A stretch of 52,734 nt of DNA from Verrucomicrobiota bacterium (GTDB taxonomy: Bacteria > Verrucomicrobiota > Verrucomicrobiia > Opitutales > Seribacteraceae): the NCBI GenBank assembly GCA_027622665.1, contig JAQBYT010000030.1, forward strand, positions 1 through 52,734, in the 5' to 3' direction. Shown one piece after another: positions 8,664 through 19,326 of this stretch (positions are counted from its first letter, which is position 1; the number at the start of each line of letters is the position of its first letter). The notes under the pieces are model-generated. The model made no database searches and was not told the DNA's origin. It saw only the letters and a list, made by a program, of their open reading frames with translations. The position numbers and the translations under genes were made by a program.

Positions 8664-10145
8664 ATGAGCGAAACCCAAGAACCGAACGATTCAACCGATA
8701 TCGAAACGAGCGACCTTTTTGCCGTACGCAAAGCCAAATTGGACTCTTTGCGTGAGTCGGGTGCCGATCCCTTTTCCGCCAATTGCCTCCAGTCCCACAC
8801 TTCGGAGCAGGCAAAAGCTCTCTTGCCTGAAGAAGATGAGGAAGGTCCGGAGGTGTCGGTCGTTGGTCGAATTGTGATCTTTCGCTTGATGGGGAAAGCG
8901 ACTTTTCTGAAACTACTGGATAGGGATGGTCGTATCCAAGCCTATGTGAGGCGAGACGAGATAGGGGACGAGTCCTACGCCGAGTTCAAGAAACTGGATT
9001 TGGGCGACTTCATTGGTGTACGCGGAAAGTTATTCCGTACCAAGACGGGTGAAATTACAGTTCGGGCTGAAGAGTATACCTTGGTCTCGAAATCTCTTCG
9101 TCCTCTACCCGAGAAGTGGCATGGTCTCACGGACAACGAGCAAATCTACCGACAGCGCTACCTGGATCTCGTAGTCAACGACGACTCTCGAGAACGTTTC
9201 AAGGCGCGCAGCAGCATCATCCGCCATATGCGCGAATTCCTTTGGGAGCGCGAATTCCTCGAAGTTGAGACGCCCATGCTCCAAGCCGTATCCGGCGGGG
9301 CAGCTGCTCGACCCTTTCGTACGCACTTCAATGCTCTTGCCTGTGACTTCAATCTTCGTATTGCCCTCGAGTTGCACTTGAAGCGCCTTCTCGTTGGCGG
9401 CTTTGATCGGGTATTTGAAATCGGGAGAGTGTTCCGTAACGAGGGGCTGTCCCGGAGGCACAACCCCGAGTTCACCATGTTGGAGGCTTACCAAGCCTAC
9501 ACCGATTTTCGCGGTATGATGGAACTCACTCGATCCCTTGTTCAGCATGTCGCCGAACAAGCGATTGGCACGCTTACGATCGAGCGTCCGGAAGGCGACG
9601 TAATCGACTTATCCGGAGAATGGCGCGAAGCCAAGTACAAGGATCTCATCATCGAGGCCGTCGGTCGCGACGACTGGTTTGATTTGCCCACGACAGCTAA
9701 GCTGGAAAAGACGAAGGAACTCGGTATTGAAGTGGACCCGGGGATGGAAGATTTTGAGGTGACCAACGACGTCTTCGAGAAAGTCATCGAGCACACCCTC
9801 GTGCAACCTACTTTTGTCACTCACATTCCCCGTGAGCTATGTCCTCTAGCTAAAATCACTCAAGACGATCCTTCCACTATCGACGTGTTCGAACTCTGCA
9901 TCAATGGGCAGGAGATTGCTCCCGCCTATTCCGAACAGAATGATCCCTTCGTTCAACGAGAAGCTTTCCAACGCCAAGTAGGAGAGGAAACCCAAGAAAT
10001 GGACGAAGACTTCCTCCTGGCGCTGGAGCATGGGATGCCACCTGCCGGAGGCATGGGGCTAGGCATTGATCGTCTTGTGATCTTTCTCACGAAGGCGGCC
10101 AACATTCGCGACACCATTCTTTTCCCCACTTTACGACCTTCGTAA
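8664..10145 (+). CDS. lysS: Lysine--tRNA ligase (class II)
   Basis: OB anticodon domain, YRQRYLDL, FLEVETPML, FRNEG.SRRHNPEFTMLE and GMPPAGGMGLGIDRL; ATG at 8664. Confidence 0.99.
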   Translation: MSETQEPNDSTDIETSDLFAVRKAKLDSLRESGADPFSANCLQSHTSEQAKALLPEEDEEGPEVSVVGRIVIFRLMGKATFLKLLDRDGRIQAYVRRDEIGDESYAEFKKLDLGDFIGVRGKLFRTKTGEITVRAEEYTLVSKSLRPLPEKWHGLTDNEQIYRQRYLDLVVNDDSRERFKARSSIIRHMREFLWEREFLEVETPMLQAVSGGAAARPFRTHFNALACDFNLRIALELHLKRLLVGGFDRVFEIGRVFRNEGLSRRHNPEFTMLEAYQAYTDFRGMMELTRSLVQHVAEQAIGTLTIERPEGDVIDLSGEWREAKYKDLIIEAVGRDDWFDLPTTAKLEKTKELGIEVDPGMEDFEVTNDVFEKVIEHTLVQPTFVTHIPRELCPLAKITQDDPSTIDVFELCINGQEIAPAYSEQNDPFVQREAFQRQVGEETQEMDEDFLLALEHGMPPAGGMGLGIDRLVIFLTKAANIRDTILFPTLRPS

Positions 10146-10174
10146 ATGCCTGACGTAAGTACTTTTCGCTCCAG

Positions 10175-10627
10175 ATGAGTCGAAACAAACAGTCCAAAGG
10201 AAGGGCCATCGTCTTAAAGCCAATTTGGTGGAGGCAATTAGCGTTCAGCTTGTTTTTGTTATTACTCGGTGCGTTCTTCCGGATGCTTACCTTTGAGGTC
10301 GAGGCTTTTAGTTGGATTGGCGGTGTGGTTTGTGGAGTAGTTGGGGTACTCAGCCTCCTCGATCAAATGTTCGAGTGGTCTCGTCTCCGGATCGACGAAA
10401 AGGGTTATTCCTTGCGGGGATGGTTTCGAAGATTGGAATTACGCAAGGACGAGGTGGATAAGTTTGTTCTAAACAATTACATGAATAGAGACTTGATTCT
10501 CGTTAGGCTTACCGAAACAGCAGCTCTGGAAAGATCCTTGGAGAATTGTGAAATTCCTTTTTCTTGCTCTTTCGGTCGTCCTGCAAGAGAAGTTTTCGAG
10601 ACCTTGACGAGTTCGTCGAAGAACTGA
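10175..10627 (+). CDS. Hypothetical membrane protein (2 TM helices plus a small, possibly PH-like, domain)
   Basis: 150-aa ORF with two hydrophobic helices, directly downstream of lysS. Confidence 0.7.
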   Translation: MSRNKQSKGRAIVLKPIWWRQLAFSLFLLLLGAFFRMLTFEVEAFSWIGGVVCGVVGVLSLLDQMFEWSRLRIDEKGYSLRGWFRRLELRKDEVDKFVLNNYMNRDLILVRLTETAALERSLENCEIPFSCSFGRPAREVFETLTSSSKN

Positions 10628-10638
10628 CGGAACTTCTG

Positions 10639-13296
10639 TTAGGCGGTCTTTGCGTCCGATCGGAGTTCACTACGCCATAGGCGTTTTGGAAGATAGGCAA
10701 TAGCAACGAAGAAGAGCTGTAGTCCGATGAATCGCATCAACCAGAGGAAGCCCGAGTCCGAGAAACCGTAACTGTGCAAGCCTTCTTGAAGCAGATTTGT
10801 ACCGAACCATGACCAAGCGGTGACTATGTTTCCTCCGATGGCTAGGGCGGCGATGCCTCGATCCTTGGCGAGACCTCCCCATCTTGAATGAAGCGCGATG
10901 GCACTCCAGATGACGATGAGCAAAGCACCGTTTTCCTTGGGGTCCCAACCCCAGAAACGCCCCCATGACTGGTCGGCCCAAATGCCTCCGAGCATGGTGC
11001 CGACGAAACTGAAAATAACGGCGAAGCAGGTGACCCCATATATCATGGAAGAGATGGAACTTGCGGTCTTTTTGTCGAATCCCCGATCGAGCACCCCCCT
11101 CAATACATAGAGGATTCCAAGGATCCCGGCGACGAACATTGCGACGTATCCCATGGTGATGCATACGACGTGCGTGGCCAGCCAGAGGTTGGTGTCCAGA
11201 ACGGCTTGAAGCATTTCCATGGTGTCTCCGTCCATGGCGAGGTTGTGGGCAATTATCAAAGAGACGAAACCCACGATGGAGGCCGCCGCCGTTCCAATTC
11301 CGTTGCGGTATATGCGTTCGAATATCAAGCCGAAGATCACTGCTCCCAAACTTATAAAAATGGAGGAGGAGTATAAGTTCGTTACCGGAGGTCGCCCCTG
11401 TATCCATATACGGACCAGAAGTCCCGCGATATGAATGAAAAGGGCTACGTAGGCAATGCCGACTGCAGATTTCTGAAGTGGATCCTGCCAAATTAGCCAG
11501 GAGAAGAAGACCAGTATGAGAGCAACGAGGTATAGCGCCATGCAAGTGACGAAAGGCTGGGCGGCATTAAAGTTTTGTTCGGGAGAAAGGTTCTTGAAGT
11601 CGTGCCACTGCAAGGGCGCGACCTTTGCAAAATCGTCCGAAAGCTTTTTTACAATGCCATTGAACTTGGCATGGTCACCTTCTTGAAAGGTTTTCGAAAG
11701 GTCGGCATAGGATTTTACCATTGGGTCGATCTTGCCAACGTTGCTCGGATCGCCTTTGGCGGATTGTCCTCTGGTCTCAAGTAGAGAATCGGGAAGTGAA
11801 ATCCAGTCTATGTCGTGAAGAGTTACGTTCTCCGTCGTTGCCGAGGGGACGCCGAAGAGAACCTGCCAGACACAAGTTAAACCGGCAAAGATGCAAACGG
11901 CAGCCAAACCCGCCAGGCCAAGCGACCTCTTCTTTTCCAAACGCCGGAAGAACCCGTAGGCGATCAGGCCGAAAGCTAGGTAGAAGCATACGTCGATGAC
12001 CCAGTAGCGACCTTCGTGAACATTTGTGAGGGTTGCTGAATCGTCGCCCTCTACCGACTTGATGAGCTTTTCCCTCAACTGGTTTTCGCGCCAGATGCCC
12101 CGATACGTGGAGTAGGAGCCAATTTTTACTTGGTCTTGAGTGCTTAGGAAATTCGTGAGACTTCCGTTTGAGGCAACGAGCTTGTTACTCCCATTTTCGA
12201 TGCTTACCGTTCCCTCGAAACTAGCCGGCGGAAGAATTCCCAAGGGCGCAAACCGGGCTTGGCCTTGAAGGAATGTCTCGGAAGCTTGAAAGTCCTGTAT
12301 TTGCTTGAGAGCTCCCGGTTTGTCGCGAAGGGCTTCGATTGCCATGCTCTCGTTTTTAAGGGCGCCTAGTTCAAGTAATTCCCTACGCAGGTCGAGAACA
12401 GCAAGATCATTGGAGTAAGAAGGACCGAAGAGTTCCGCTCTGGCTTGTGGGTAAAAAGCATTCTTGAGTTGGTCGTATAGAGTTACGGATTCGTAGAGGT
12501 GCCCCAAGTTGCGTTGATAGGGTGTGTACTTCTTCGGATCGGGACCCGGGTCTAGCTTGTTGTTCTGGTTGAGGTCTTCTCCGTCGTCGAGTTTGTTGTT
12601 TCGGTTTAAGTCCTCGCCGAGCTTGATGGAGCGGGTAGCCCGCTCGACTTCGGTTACCTTTGCCAATAGTGCGTCATGTTCTTTTTGAGTCTCTTCGTAT
12701 AGAGGCACGAGCCTTTCGCGCATTTCATCCCGATCTTTTTCAGTCGCTTCAGGATTGTTTGCCACGAAGTCATTAACTTCTTGTAGAATCTGATCCATCT
12801 CGCCCCTGAGACTCTGGATTTCTCCGGAGTGGAAGAGATCATTAAACGAAAAATATTTCTCCTTCCCCTGTTCAAAGCCGAACAGTCCCAGCACCTCCGG
12901 ATGATCGATGCGAAATACCTTGTACCCGTCGGCCTGTTGGGGGCGAAGAGTAAGCTCCGCGAACCATTCAATTGCGGGAAGGTAACGAGGTGATTTTTTC
13001 CCGTAGAAAAGCTTTTCGAAGTAACCGACGTCGGGACCGTCGGGGACGGTTTGTTTACCTCGCATCACCAACAGCGCATTGCGGGCCACTGTGTCGAGAG
13101 GTTTAACTCGCCCTTTCTCCTGCACGGGCAAACCTCCAAAGGTGATCAGATCGAAATTCCCTTCGTGACGAGGTGGACGCAGTTTGCTGAGGGCGTAGAG
13201 CGCGAAGATTACGACCAATACGATGGGTGTCCACTTGGCGACCTTGGCGCTGAAGGACGCGCTCTCCGTCTCGGTCTTTTCAGGGTCAGTACTCAT
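10639..13296 (-). CDS. ccsA: Cytochrome c biogenesis protein CcsA/ResC (system II) with a large periplasmic domain
   Basis: GRVKPLDTVARN, GRPPVTNLYSS, WLATHV, WWD motif WADQSWGRFWGWDPKE and GLHSYG. Confidence 0.92.
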   Translation of the reverse strand: MSTDPEKTETESASFSAKVAKWTPIVLVVIFALYALSKLRPPRHEGNFDLITFGGLPVQEKGRVKPLDTVARNALLVMRGKQTVPDGPDVGYFEKLFYGKKSPRYLPAIEWFAELTLRPQQADGYKVFRIDHPEVLGLFGFEQGKEKYFSFNDLFHSGEIQSLRGEMDQILQEVNDFVANNPEATEKDRDEMRERLVPLYEETQKEHDALLAKVTEVERATRSIKLGEDLNRNNKLDDGEDLNQNNKLDPGPDPKKYTPYQRNLGHLYESVTLYDQLKNAFYPQARAELFGPSYSNDLAVLDLRRELLELGALKNESMAIEALRDKPGALKQIQDFQASETFLQGQARFAPLGILPPASFEGTVSIENGSNKLVASNGSLTNFLSTQDQVKIGSYSTYRGIWRENQLREKLIKSVEGDDSATLTNVHEGRYWVIDVCFYLAFGLIAYGFFRRLEKKRSLGLAGLAAVCIFAGLTCVWQVLFGVPSATTENVTLHDIDWISLPDSLLETRGQSAKGDPSNVGKIDPMVKSYADLSKTFQEGDHAKFNGIVKKLSDDFAKVAPLQWHDFKNLSPEQNFNAAQPFVTCMALYLVALILVFFSWLIWQDPLQKSAVGIAYVALFIHIAGLLVRIWIQGRPPVTNLYSSSIFISLGAVIFGLIFERIYRNGIGTAAASIVGFVSLIIAHNLAMDGDTMEMLQAVLDTNLWLATHVVCITMGYVAMFVAGILGILYVLRGVLDRGFDKKTASSISSMIYGVTCFAVIFSFVGTMLGGIWADQSWGRFWGWDPKENGALLIVIWSAIALHSRWGGLAKDRGIAALAIGGNIVTAWSWFGTNLLQEGLHSYGFSDSGFLWLMRFIGLQLFFVAIAYLPKRLWRSELRSDAKTA

Positions 13297-14966
13297 GCAA
13301 CGATTTGTTTCTTCCTTCTTTTGGCAAAACCAAACAGATGGAATCCGAATTGGACTGCCAAACCGAGTCCCACCAAAGTGACGCCAATGTATGGCAAAAT
13401 GCTGCCGGGATTGCTTACGACTTGAAATCTGGTTTGCGTTTCCGTAGTGGAATCAAATCCTGCCTGAAAGAAGGTGTTTCCCTGTAGGCTTAGGGGGTGG
13501 TTCATGTAAATGCGAGTCTTCCGTACGGGTTCTCCCGGAATCCGGATGTTTATGTCGCTTGAGAAATCTTTGGGTCTATCCGTACCGGGATAGCGGAGGA
13601 AACGAAAATCGAGTAATTCCATGTGGAAGTCATAATGGTATCGCTTGCGTCGAATTTCCAATCGGTAGCTTTTATCTCCGTGATTAAATCGTTGCGACTG
13701 ATATCCTGCTGCATCGAAAAAAGATGATGTTAGCCATTTCCCGATTGTTTTGTTGGCGTCTTCGGTCGACCTCAATTCCACAATCGCCGTGCGGAAGTTC
13801 ATCTCGTCCGCCCTGAAGGTTTCAGGTTGCTCGATGGGGGAGATTAGGACTTTCCTTCCATTGGCGTTTCTAAGAGTGAAGCTTTGGTCGCCCTCTTTCG
13901 GGGTGTTGAAGTCTGCATTCTTGTAAAACTTTTTGACCTCGAGAACAAATGGAAACCTCGAGTCGGAGTCTTTCAAGTTTATTTCCTGCAAGCCCTTTGC
14001 ATCACCTTTGAACCAGTTTCCCAAGATTCCTCCATTATCCGGTTCCGGATCCAGAAGATTTATAGGTAAGCTGAGAACTTCATCCGTTTCTTCTCCCGAC
14101 TCATCGATCAAGACAAACTCGTCGGCATGGAAGTCTTTCGAAAAGTTTGCGGATTCGCCTTCGTCGAGAATCATGATGCTCTCTTTCTCCGTGAGATCGG
14201 TTACCAACTCGCTAATCAGCATCAAGGCAAGCCCGCTATGGGTAATCCAAATACCTGCGTGCCGTATCTTCAACTGGTAGCGGAAGGCCGCCGAAGTCAT
14301 TAGATTAATGAGTAGCAAACCTCCCAACAGGTATCCACCTGGCAGAGGCACTGGAAGCCCCCTCAGTGCAAAGGGCATTTGACCTTCGAGTCCGATGAGT
14401 GCCAAATCGGGTTCGTTGTTCGGTTCGGTCTTAGAATCCTTATTGGCATTCTCCGAGTCTTTCGGCTGCTCCATGGCCGAATCGGGAAGGATGGCTCCAT
14501 ATCCATTCTTGTACTCCTCCGTAGATAGAGCCGACTTGATTTCTTGGAGAGTGTGAAAGCGTAAATTCGGGTCGGGTTCCAAGGAACCTTCTGAATCCTC
14601 GAAAACAGATTTTATTTGGGAGTGAAAGCTGTTATCCATAAACCCAAGGAATCGAAAGCTCTCCAATTGTTTGTCGTCTATCGCAATCCGATCGTGTTTC
14701 TTTGCAATGTCGTTTTCGGGATGGGTGACCAGCACCATCTTCGTTCCCAAAGGCCATTCTTCAGGATATTCCCAGACCACGTAGAAAGACTCAAAATAGT
14801 CCTTTTGGGCCTTATTTATCCCGATATTCACTTGATCGAGAGTACCGAAAAATACCAATGCCAGCGAAAACGTGAGCAAGGTCACGGTTAGACGCAAGGA
14901 GGTGAACACGCTTATGACCGGGTTTTTCCGCCAGCGTTTCCGCCAGCTTTCTTTTTTGGGACTCAC
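13293..14966 (-). CDS. ResB/CcsB-like cytochrome c biogenesis protein
   Basis: SLRLTV..L..LVFFGTL, GI.ITHSG, YPGTD.PKDFSS and IYMNHPL...G..FFQ; 4-nt overlap with ccsA. Confidence 0.8.
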   Translation of the reverse strand: MSPKKESWRKRWRKNPVISVFTSLRLTVTLLTFSLALVFFGTLDQVNIGINKAQKDYFESFYVVWEYPEEWPLGTKMVLVTHPENDIAKKHDRIAIDDKQLESFRFLGFMDNSFHSQIKSVFEDSEGSLEPDPNLRFHTLQEIKSALSTEEYKNGYGAILPDSAMEQPKDSENANKDSKTEPNNEPDLALIGLEGQMPFALRGLPVPLPGGYLLGGLLLINLMTSAAFRYQLKIRHAGIWITHSGLALMLISELVTDLTEKESIMILDEGESANFSKDFHADEFVLIDESGEETDEVLSLPINLLDPEPDNGGILGNWFKGDAKGLQEINLKDSDSRFPFVLEVKKFYKNADFNTPKEGDQSFTLRNANGRKVLISPIEQPETFRADEMNFRTAIVELRSTEDANKTIGKWLTSSFFDAAGYQSQRFNHGDKSYRLEIRRKRYHYDFHMELLDFRFLRYPGTDRPKDFSSDINIRIPGEPVRKTRIYMNHPLSLQGNTFFQAGFDSTTETQTRFQVVSNPGSILPYIGVTLVGLGLAVQFGFHLFGFAKRRKKQIVA

Positions 14967-14972
14967 GTTGGG

Positions 14973-15545
14973 TTACTCCTCCTCGCTGCGTTCGAAGCGA
15001 ACGGACTGGAGGAGCGAATCGAAATTGGCTTGTTCCTTTGCTGCGAGTCCCGACTCACCTATCATTTTAAAGAACCATGATCGTCCACCTGTTTTCAGAA
15101 TCGCGGCAACAAGGGTTTGCTCTTTGTTCGACGCTTTTACCAAAGTTGCGGGTTTGCCTGCCACGGTGATGTCACTGACGTAATTGGTTAGCCCGCCTCC
15201 GGTTGTTGCGCTCATGCCGATCTGGCCGATCCAACGATTTACGTTCGACAGGATCCCGCCACCGTCTCCGAGCAAGTTGCTGATAGATATGTCCAAGGCG
15301 GAACCATTCTCATCTTCTACGGCAAAGCTTCCCACTCGCATCGCTGATTCCTTCCCGGGTTTCCATCCCGAGGGAACCTCCCAAATGGGTTCATTCATCT
15401 CTGGATTGTCTTGGATGAGGGAGCTATGCTTCTCCTTGGGGATGGAGTAGCTACTTATTTCCGAGGAATCGGCACAGGAAGCTATCCACAAGAGAATCAT
15501 CCCCAAACAGACTGGCAAACACATGCGATATCGTTTCATTGGCAT
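14973..15545 (-). CDS. Hypothetical lipoprotein in the cytochrome c biogenesis operon
   Basis: Lipobox-like WIASC; motifs W.VPSGW, GG.L.NVNRW.GQ.G and WFFKM.G; 6 nt upstream of the resB-like gene. Start is uncertain (15599, 15545 or 15539). Confidence 0.75.
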   Translation of the reverse strand: MPMKRYRMCLPVCLGMILLWIASCADSSEISSYSIPKEKHSSLIQDNPEMNEPIWEVPSGWKPGKESAMRVGSFAVEDENGSALDISISNLLGDGGGILSNVNRWIGQIGMSATTGGGLTNYVSDITVAGKPATLVKASNKEQTLVAAILKTGGRSWFFKMIGESGLAAKEQANFDSLLQSVRFERSEEE

Positions 15546-15599
15546 AATAGTTAATATCCTATCGAAAGGTTTCCGAGACTCAATTCTGCGCCGAAGCAT

Positions 15600-16703
15600 T
15601 TAAGCGCCGCACTTAAAGAGGGTGACGTCGCCATCGACAAACTGATATTCCTTTCCTTCCAATCGCCATTTGCCTATCTCTCGGGCGGACTGCATGGAGC
15701 CTGCGGCTACCAGATCGTCGTAAGAGACCACCTCTGCTTTGATGAAGGTCCTCTCGAAATCAGTATGTATGACCCCGGCGCATTGCGGAGCCTTCATGCC
15801 TTTTCGAAAGGTCCAGGCTCGGGCTTCCTTTTCCCCTGCGGTCAGAAACGACGCCAAGCCCAGTAAGTCGTAGGTGGCTTGGATTAGCCCCGAGACACCT
15901 GAATCGCTTACACCCATCGATTCCAGATATTCGGCGACCTCACTGTTTTCCAGTTCGGTAAGTTCTTCTTCCATCTTCGCCGAAATCACGCACGACCCGG
16001 CGTCTTGTTGGCTGGCGGCCCATTCGCGAAGCTTGGACACGTTTGGGTTGCCGCTCGGATCGGCGACGTCTTCCTCCTTCACGTTGCAGGCATACAGCAT
16101 GGGCTTGGCCGTAAGTAGGCAAAATGACTTAAGTCTCGCCACATCGTCATCATCCATGGGCAGGAGGTTTGCCGGTTTCCCTTCGTCCAGATGTGGGGCG
16201 AGACGTTCCATAAGGGCCACGCTTAGAGCGGCGTCCTTGTCTTTGCCGCGAGCCTTTTTGATGATTTTGTGATGCTGGCTTTCGACAGACTCAGCATCCG
16301 CAAGAACAAGTTCCGTCATTATGACCTCGGCATCCCGAAGGGGATCGACTCCCCCCATATTGTGGATCACGTCTTCGTCCTCAAAACAGCGAACGACATG
16401 CACAATGGCATCCACTTCACGAACGTTTGCGAGGAATTTGTTTCCCAGACCTTCTCCCTTGCTGGCGCCCTCCACTAGGCCCGCAATGTCCACCATTTCA
16501 ATGGCTGCGGGAATAATGGTATCGGTACCAACTAGTTCGGCCAACGGAGCCAGCCGTTCGTCGGGCACTTGGACTACTCCAATGTTCGGATCGATCGTAC
16601 AAAAGGGGTAATTCGCTGCCTCCGCTTTCCGACTTTTGGTCAAAGCGTTAAAAAGGGTACTTTTGCCGACATTGGGTAAACCTACTATTCCAGCTCGTAG
16701 CAT
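15600..16703 (-). CDS. ychF: Redox-regulated ATPase YchF (Obg family)
   Basis: [44 protein letters not shown] and a C-terminal TGS domain; ATG at 16703. Confidence 0.98.
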   Translation of the reverse strand: MLRAGIVGLPNVGKSTLFNALTKSRKAEAANYPFCTIDPNIGVVQVPDERLAPLAELVGTDTIIPAAIEMVDIAGLVEGASKGEGLGNKFLANVREVDAIVHVVRCFEDEDVIHNMGGVDPLRDAEVIMTELVLADAESVESQHHKIIKKARGKDKDAALSVALMERLAPHLDEGKPANLLPMDDDDVARLKSFCLLTAKPMLYACNVKEEDVADPSGNPNVSKLREWAASQQDAGSCVISAKMEEELTELENSEVAEYLESMGVSDSGVSGLIQATYDLLGLASFLTAGEKEARAWTFRKGMKAPQCAGVIHTDFERTFIKAEVVSYDDLVAAGSMQSAREIGKWRLEGKEYQFVDGDVTLFKCGA

Positions 16704-16781
16704 AATTAGTGAAAAATACAAATGATGCCCGATAGTTCCTGTTTGGTCAAGAAGGCAAGACATGAATCGTAACCTTTCGCG

Positions 16782-16809
16782 TTGACTATAGCTGACTAGT
16801 TTTTATTTT
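16782..16809 (+). promoter_or_regulatory. Putative sigma70 promoter of tRNA-His
   Basis: TTGACT, 16-nt spacer, TATTTT, just upstream of the tRNA; same pattern as the rpsU promoter. Confidence 0.45.
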
Positions 16810-16825
16810 AGAGTGCTTACTTTGT

Positions 16826-16903
16826 GGCGATAGTAGCTCAGTTGGTTAGAGCACCGGCTTGTGGTGCCGGGGGTCGCCGGTTCGAATCCGGTCTGTCGCC
16901 CCA
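16826..16903 (+). tRNA. tRNA-His(GUG)
   Basis: 8-bp acceptor stem GGCGATAG/CTGTCGCC including G-1, D arm TAGCTCAGTTGGTTAGAGC, anticodon arm CCGGC-TTGTGGT-GCCGG, T loop GGTTCGAATCC and encoded CCA. Confidence 0.97.
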
Positions 16904-16928
16904 GTTCTTTTCTCTGAACATAGTTGTC

Positions 16929-18409
16929 CTGAACCCACGACGTTTCGACCGTTTTCTTGCCTGTGACCTTGGTGCCGAGAGTGGTCGCCTGATGCTGGGT
17001 ACGCTTTCCGGCAAACTTATCGAACTGGAGGAGATTCACCGCTTTCCAAATGTTCCGCTGGAAAGGGATGGCTCCCTCCTTTGGAATATCGAAAGCATTT
17101 TTGACGAGACTAAAGATAGGCATGGCCATGATTTCTTCTATTTGGGGAGGAAGTCGTTGGAATAAGCGTGGATTCATGGGGAGTCGATTATGTGCTGCTA
17201 GATGCGGATGGGGAATTGATATCTCCAGCCTTTCACTACCGAGACTCCCGTAACAAGGCATCCTCAAAGGCCGTGCTGAAAAGGCTCGAGTGGAAGGAAA
17301 TCTACGAGGAGACGGGTCTCCAATTCATCAACTTCAACACTTTGTTCCAGTTGGCTGCGGAAACTCCCGAGAGGATAACTCGGGCGAGCAAAGTTCTTCC
17401 CTTGGCCGATGGATTCAACCACTTGCTCTCAGGGGTGCCCAAGGCGGAGGCCTCTCTCGCGAGCACCACCCAGCTTTACGATCCACGCAAGCGGGCGTGG
17501 TCCTCCCGTTTGGCTGAGTTGGCAGGTTTAAGGGTAGATCAGTTGCCCGATATCGTGTCGTCGGGCACACCCTTGGGGCCCTTGCGCAGGGAGATTGCGG
17601 AGAAGACTGGTTTTGGGAACGCGACCGTGGTGGCAGGTCTGTCCCACGACACCGCCGCCGCCGTTGCCGCTACTCCCGTGGAGGGAGAGGGATGGGCCTT
17701 TCTTAGTTCGGGCACGTGGTCGCTAATCGGCATGGAACTGGAGGAGTCCCTCATTAACGAGCAAACGCGCGAAATGAACTTTACCAACGAGATCGGTTAT
17801 GGGCACAGCGTGCGGTTCTTGAAAAACGTCATTGGGCTTTGGCTTCTGCAGGAATGTCGTCGCCGATGGGCTGAGAAGGGGGATGATCTAGGGTACGACG
17901 AGCTTTGTCACCTTGCCGGTTTGGCCGAACCTTTTGCCTGTCTCATCGTTCCCGATGATAAACGTTTTTTTCATCCCGATGACATGCCCGCCGAAATTGC
18001 AGGCTTTTGTCGTGAGACAGGTCAACCGGAACCTGCTGATCCGGGAGCTTATGCCCGTTGTTGCTTCGAGAGCCTAGCCTTGGTGTATCGTCGAAGGGTG
18101 GACGAATTGCGAGAACTGACGGGACGAGCTGTCGATCGGGTGCACGTTCTTGGGGGCGGGAGTCGGAACGACTTGCTCAATCAATTCACCGCTAACGCCC
18201 TAGCTATTCCTGTTGCGGCGGGACCTGCCGAAGCCACCGCCCTCGGGAATGTTGCTGTGCAGGCTATCGCTCTTTCTCGCCTGCCGGACCTTGAGACCGC
18301 TCGTAGCATCATAGCCGCTTCCTTCCCTCCGCGAATTTTCCTGCCCGAGCAAAAGGAGACTTGGGCTACTGCCAACGATCGTTTTTCTCAGCTCTGTCGT
18401 ACTTCGTAA
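16929..18409 (+). pseudogene. rhaB: Rhamnulokinase (FGGY kinase), split by two +1 frameshifts (pseudogene or sequencing indels)
   Basis: N-terminal FLACDLGAESGR..LEEIHRFPN lies in one frame, LKIGMAMISS in the next, and GEEVVGISVDSWGVDY..SHDTAAAV..FLSSGTWSLIG..NFTNE.G..GGGSRN in the third. No ATG, GTG or TTG start in frame after the tRNA. Confidence 0.8.
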
Positions 18410-18463
18410 CGGCTAGTTCATTAGGGGGGTGGTGAATTTCCGAATTGCGCGGATTTCTCAACC

Positions 18464-19318
18464 ATGTTACCTAAAAAAATGATGAGGCTTGTTTTCTGCT
18501 GGTTGTTTGCTTGTTTCGCCGGTTTTCCCACCGTTCAGGCAGGAATTTTCGATAAACAGCCAAAAGCTCTGGAGACGCTTAACCTTTCCTATGGCAAGCA
18601 CGAGAGGCAGGTTCTCGACGTGGTACATCTAGAGGGGGCAAAGGATTGTCCCGTAATTCTTTTTTTTCATGGAGGCAGTTGGCGTTGGGGCAGAAAAGAT
18701 TACCACCGAACCATCGGGAAACAGTTCGCGAAAGCGGGCGTGGTATTCGCGACTGCCAATTATCGCCTTTATCCTGAGGTTCGCTTCCCCGCTTTTCCCG
18801 AGGACGCCGTTCTTGCCGTTAAGTGGATTCGGGACAATATCGCCAAATACGGTGGCAACCCGAAGAAGATTTTCCTCATGGGGCATTCGTCGGGTGCTCA
18901 CAGCATGGCATTGGTGGGTCTCGACGAAACTTATCTTAAGAAGGTGGGCGGAGACTTTTCCTGGATCAAAGGGGTTATCGCTATGTCCTGCCCTTATTAT
19001 TTCGATCCATCAAAGGAGTTTCTCTATCGCGACGTCTTTGACGTCGGCAGGGACCACAAGGAATTCATGCCCTTGAATCACGTGGACGGCGGGGCCGAAC
19101 CGCCGATTCTCGTCATGCATGGATTTTTCGATCCCCTTATCGCCGTTGAACGGGCCGAGGCATTCATTAAAAAAGTCCGTGCGGTCGGCGGGAAGGTGAC
19201 GCGTAAGATTTACTCCTCTCACGGGCATTTCTCCCTAGTTCGCCGAACCACCTCGTGGCACATATGGCCCAAGCCTTTTCTCAAAGACATAGTCGGTTTT
19301 GTGCGCGAAAACGAATGA
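18464..19318 (+). CDS. Secreted alpha/beta hydrolase (carboxylesterase, HSL-like)
   Basis: Signal peptide (VQA), HGGSW oxyanion motif, GHSSG nucleophile elbow, HG..D and a C-terminal His. Confidence 0.88.
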   Translation: MLPKKMMRLVFCWLFACFAGFPTVQAGIFDKQPKALETLNLSYGKHERQVLDVVHLEGAKDCPVILFFHGGSWRWGRKDYHRTIGKQFAKAGVVFATANYRLYPEVRFPAFPEDAVLAVKWIRDNIAKYGGNPKKIFLMGHSSGAHSMALVGLDETYLKKVGGDFSWIKGVIAMSCPYYFDPSKEFLYRDVFDVGRDHKEFMPLNHVDGGAEPPILVMHGFFDPLIAVERAEAFIKKVRAVGGKVTRKIYSSHGHFSLVRRTTSWHIWPKPFLKDIVGFVRENE

Positions 19319-19326
19319 TTGACGCT

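Noticed and set aside
16824..17165. 113-aa ORF as a standalone gene
   Set aside because: Its 5' part is tRNA-His read as codons and its 3' part is the frameshifted rhaB N-terminus.
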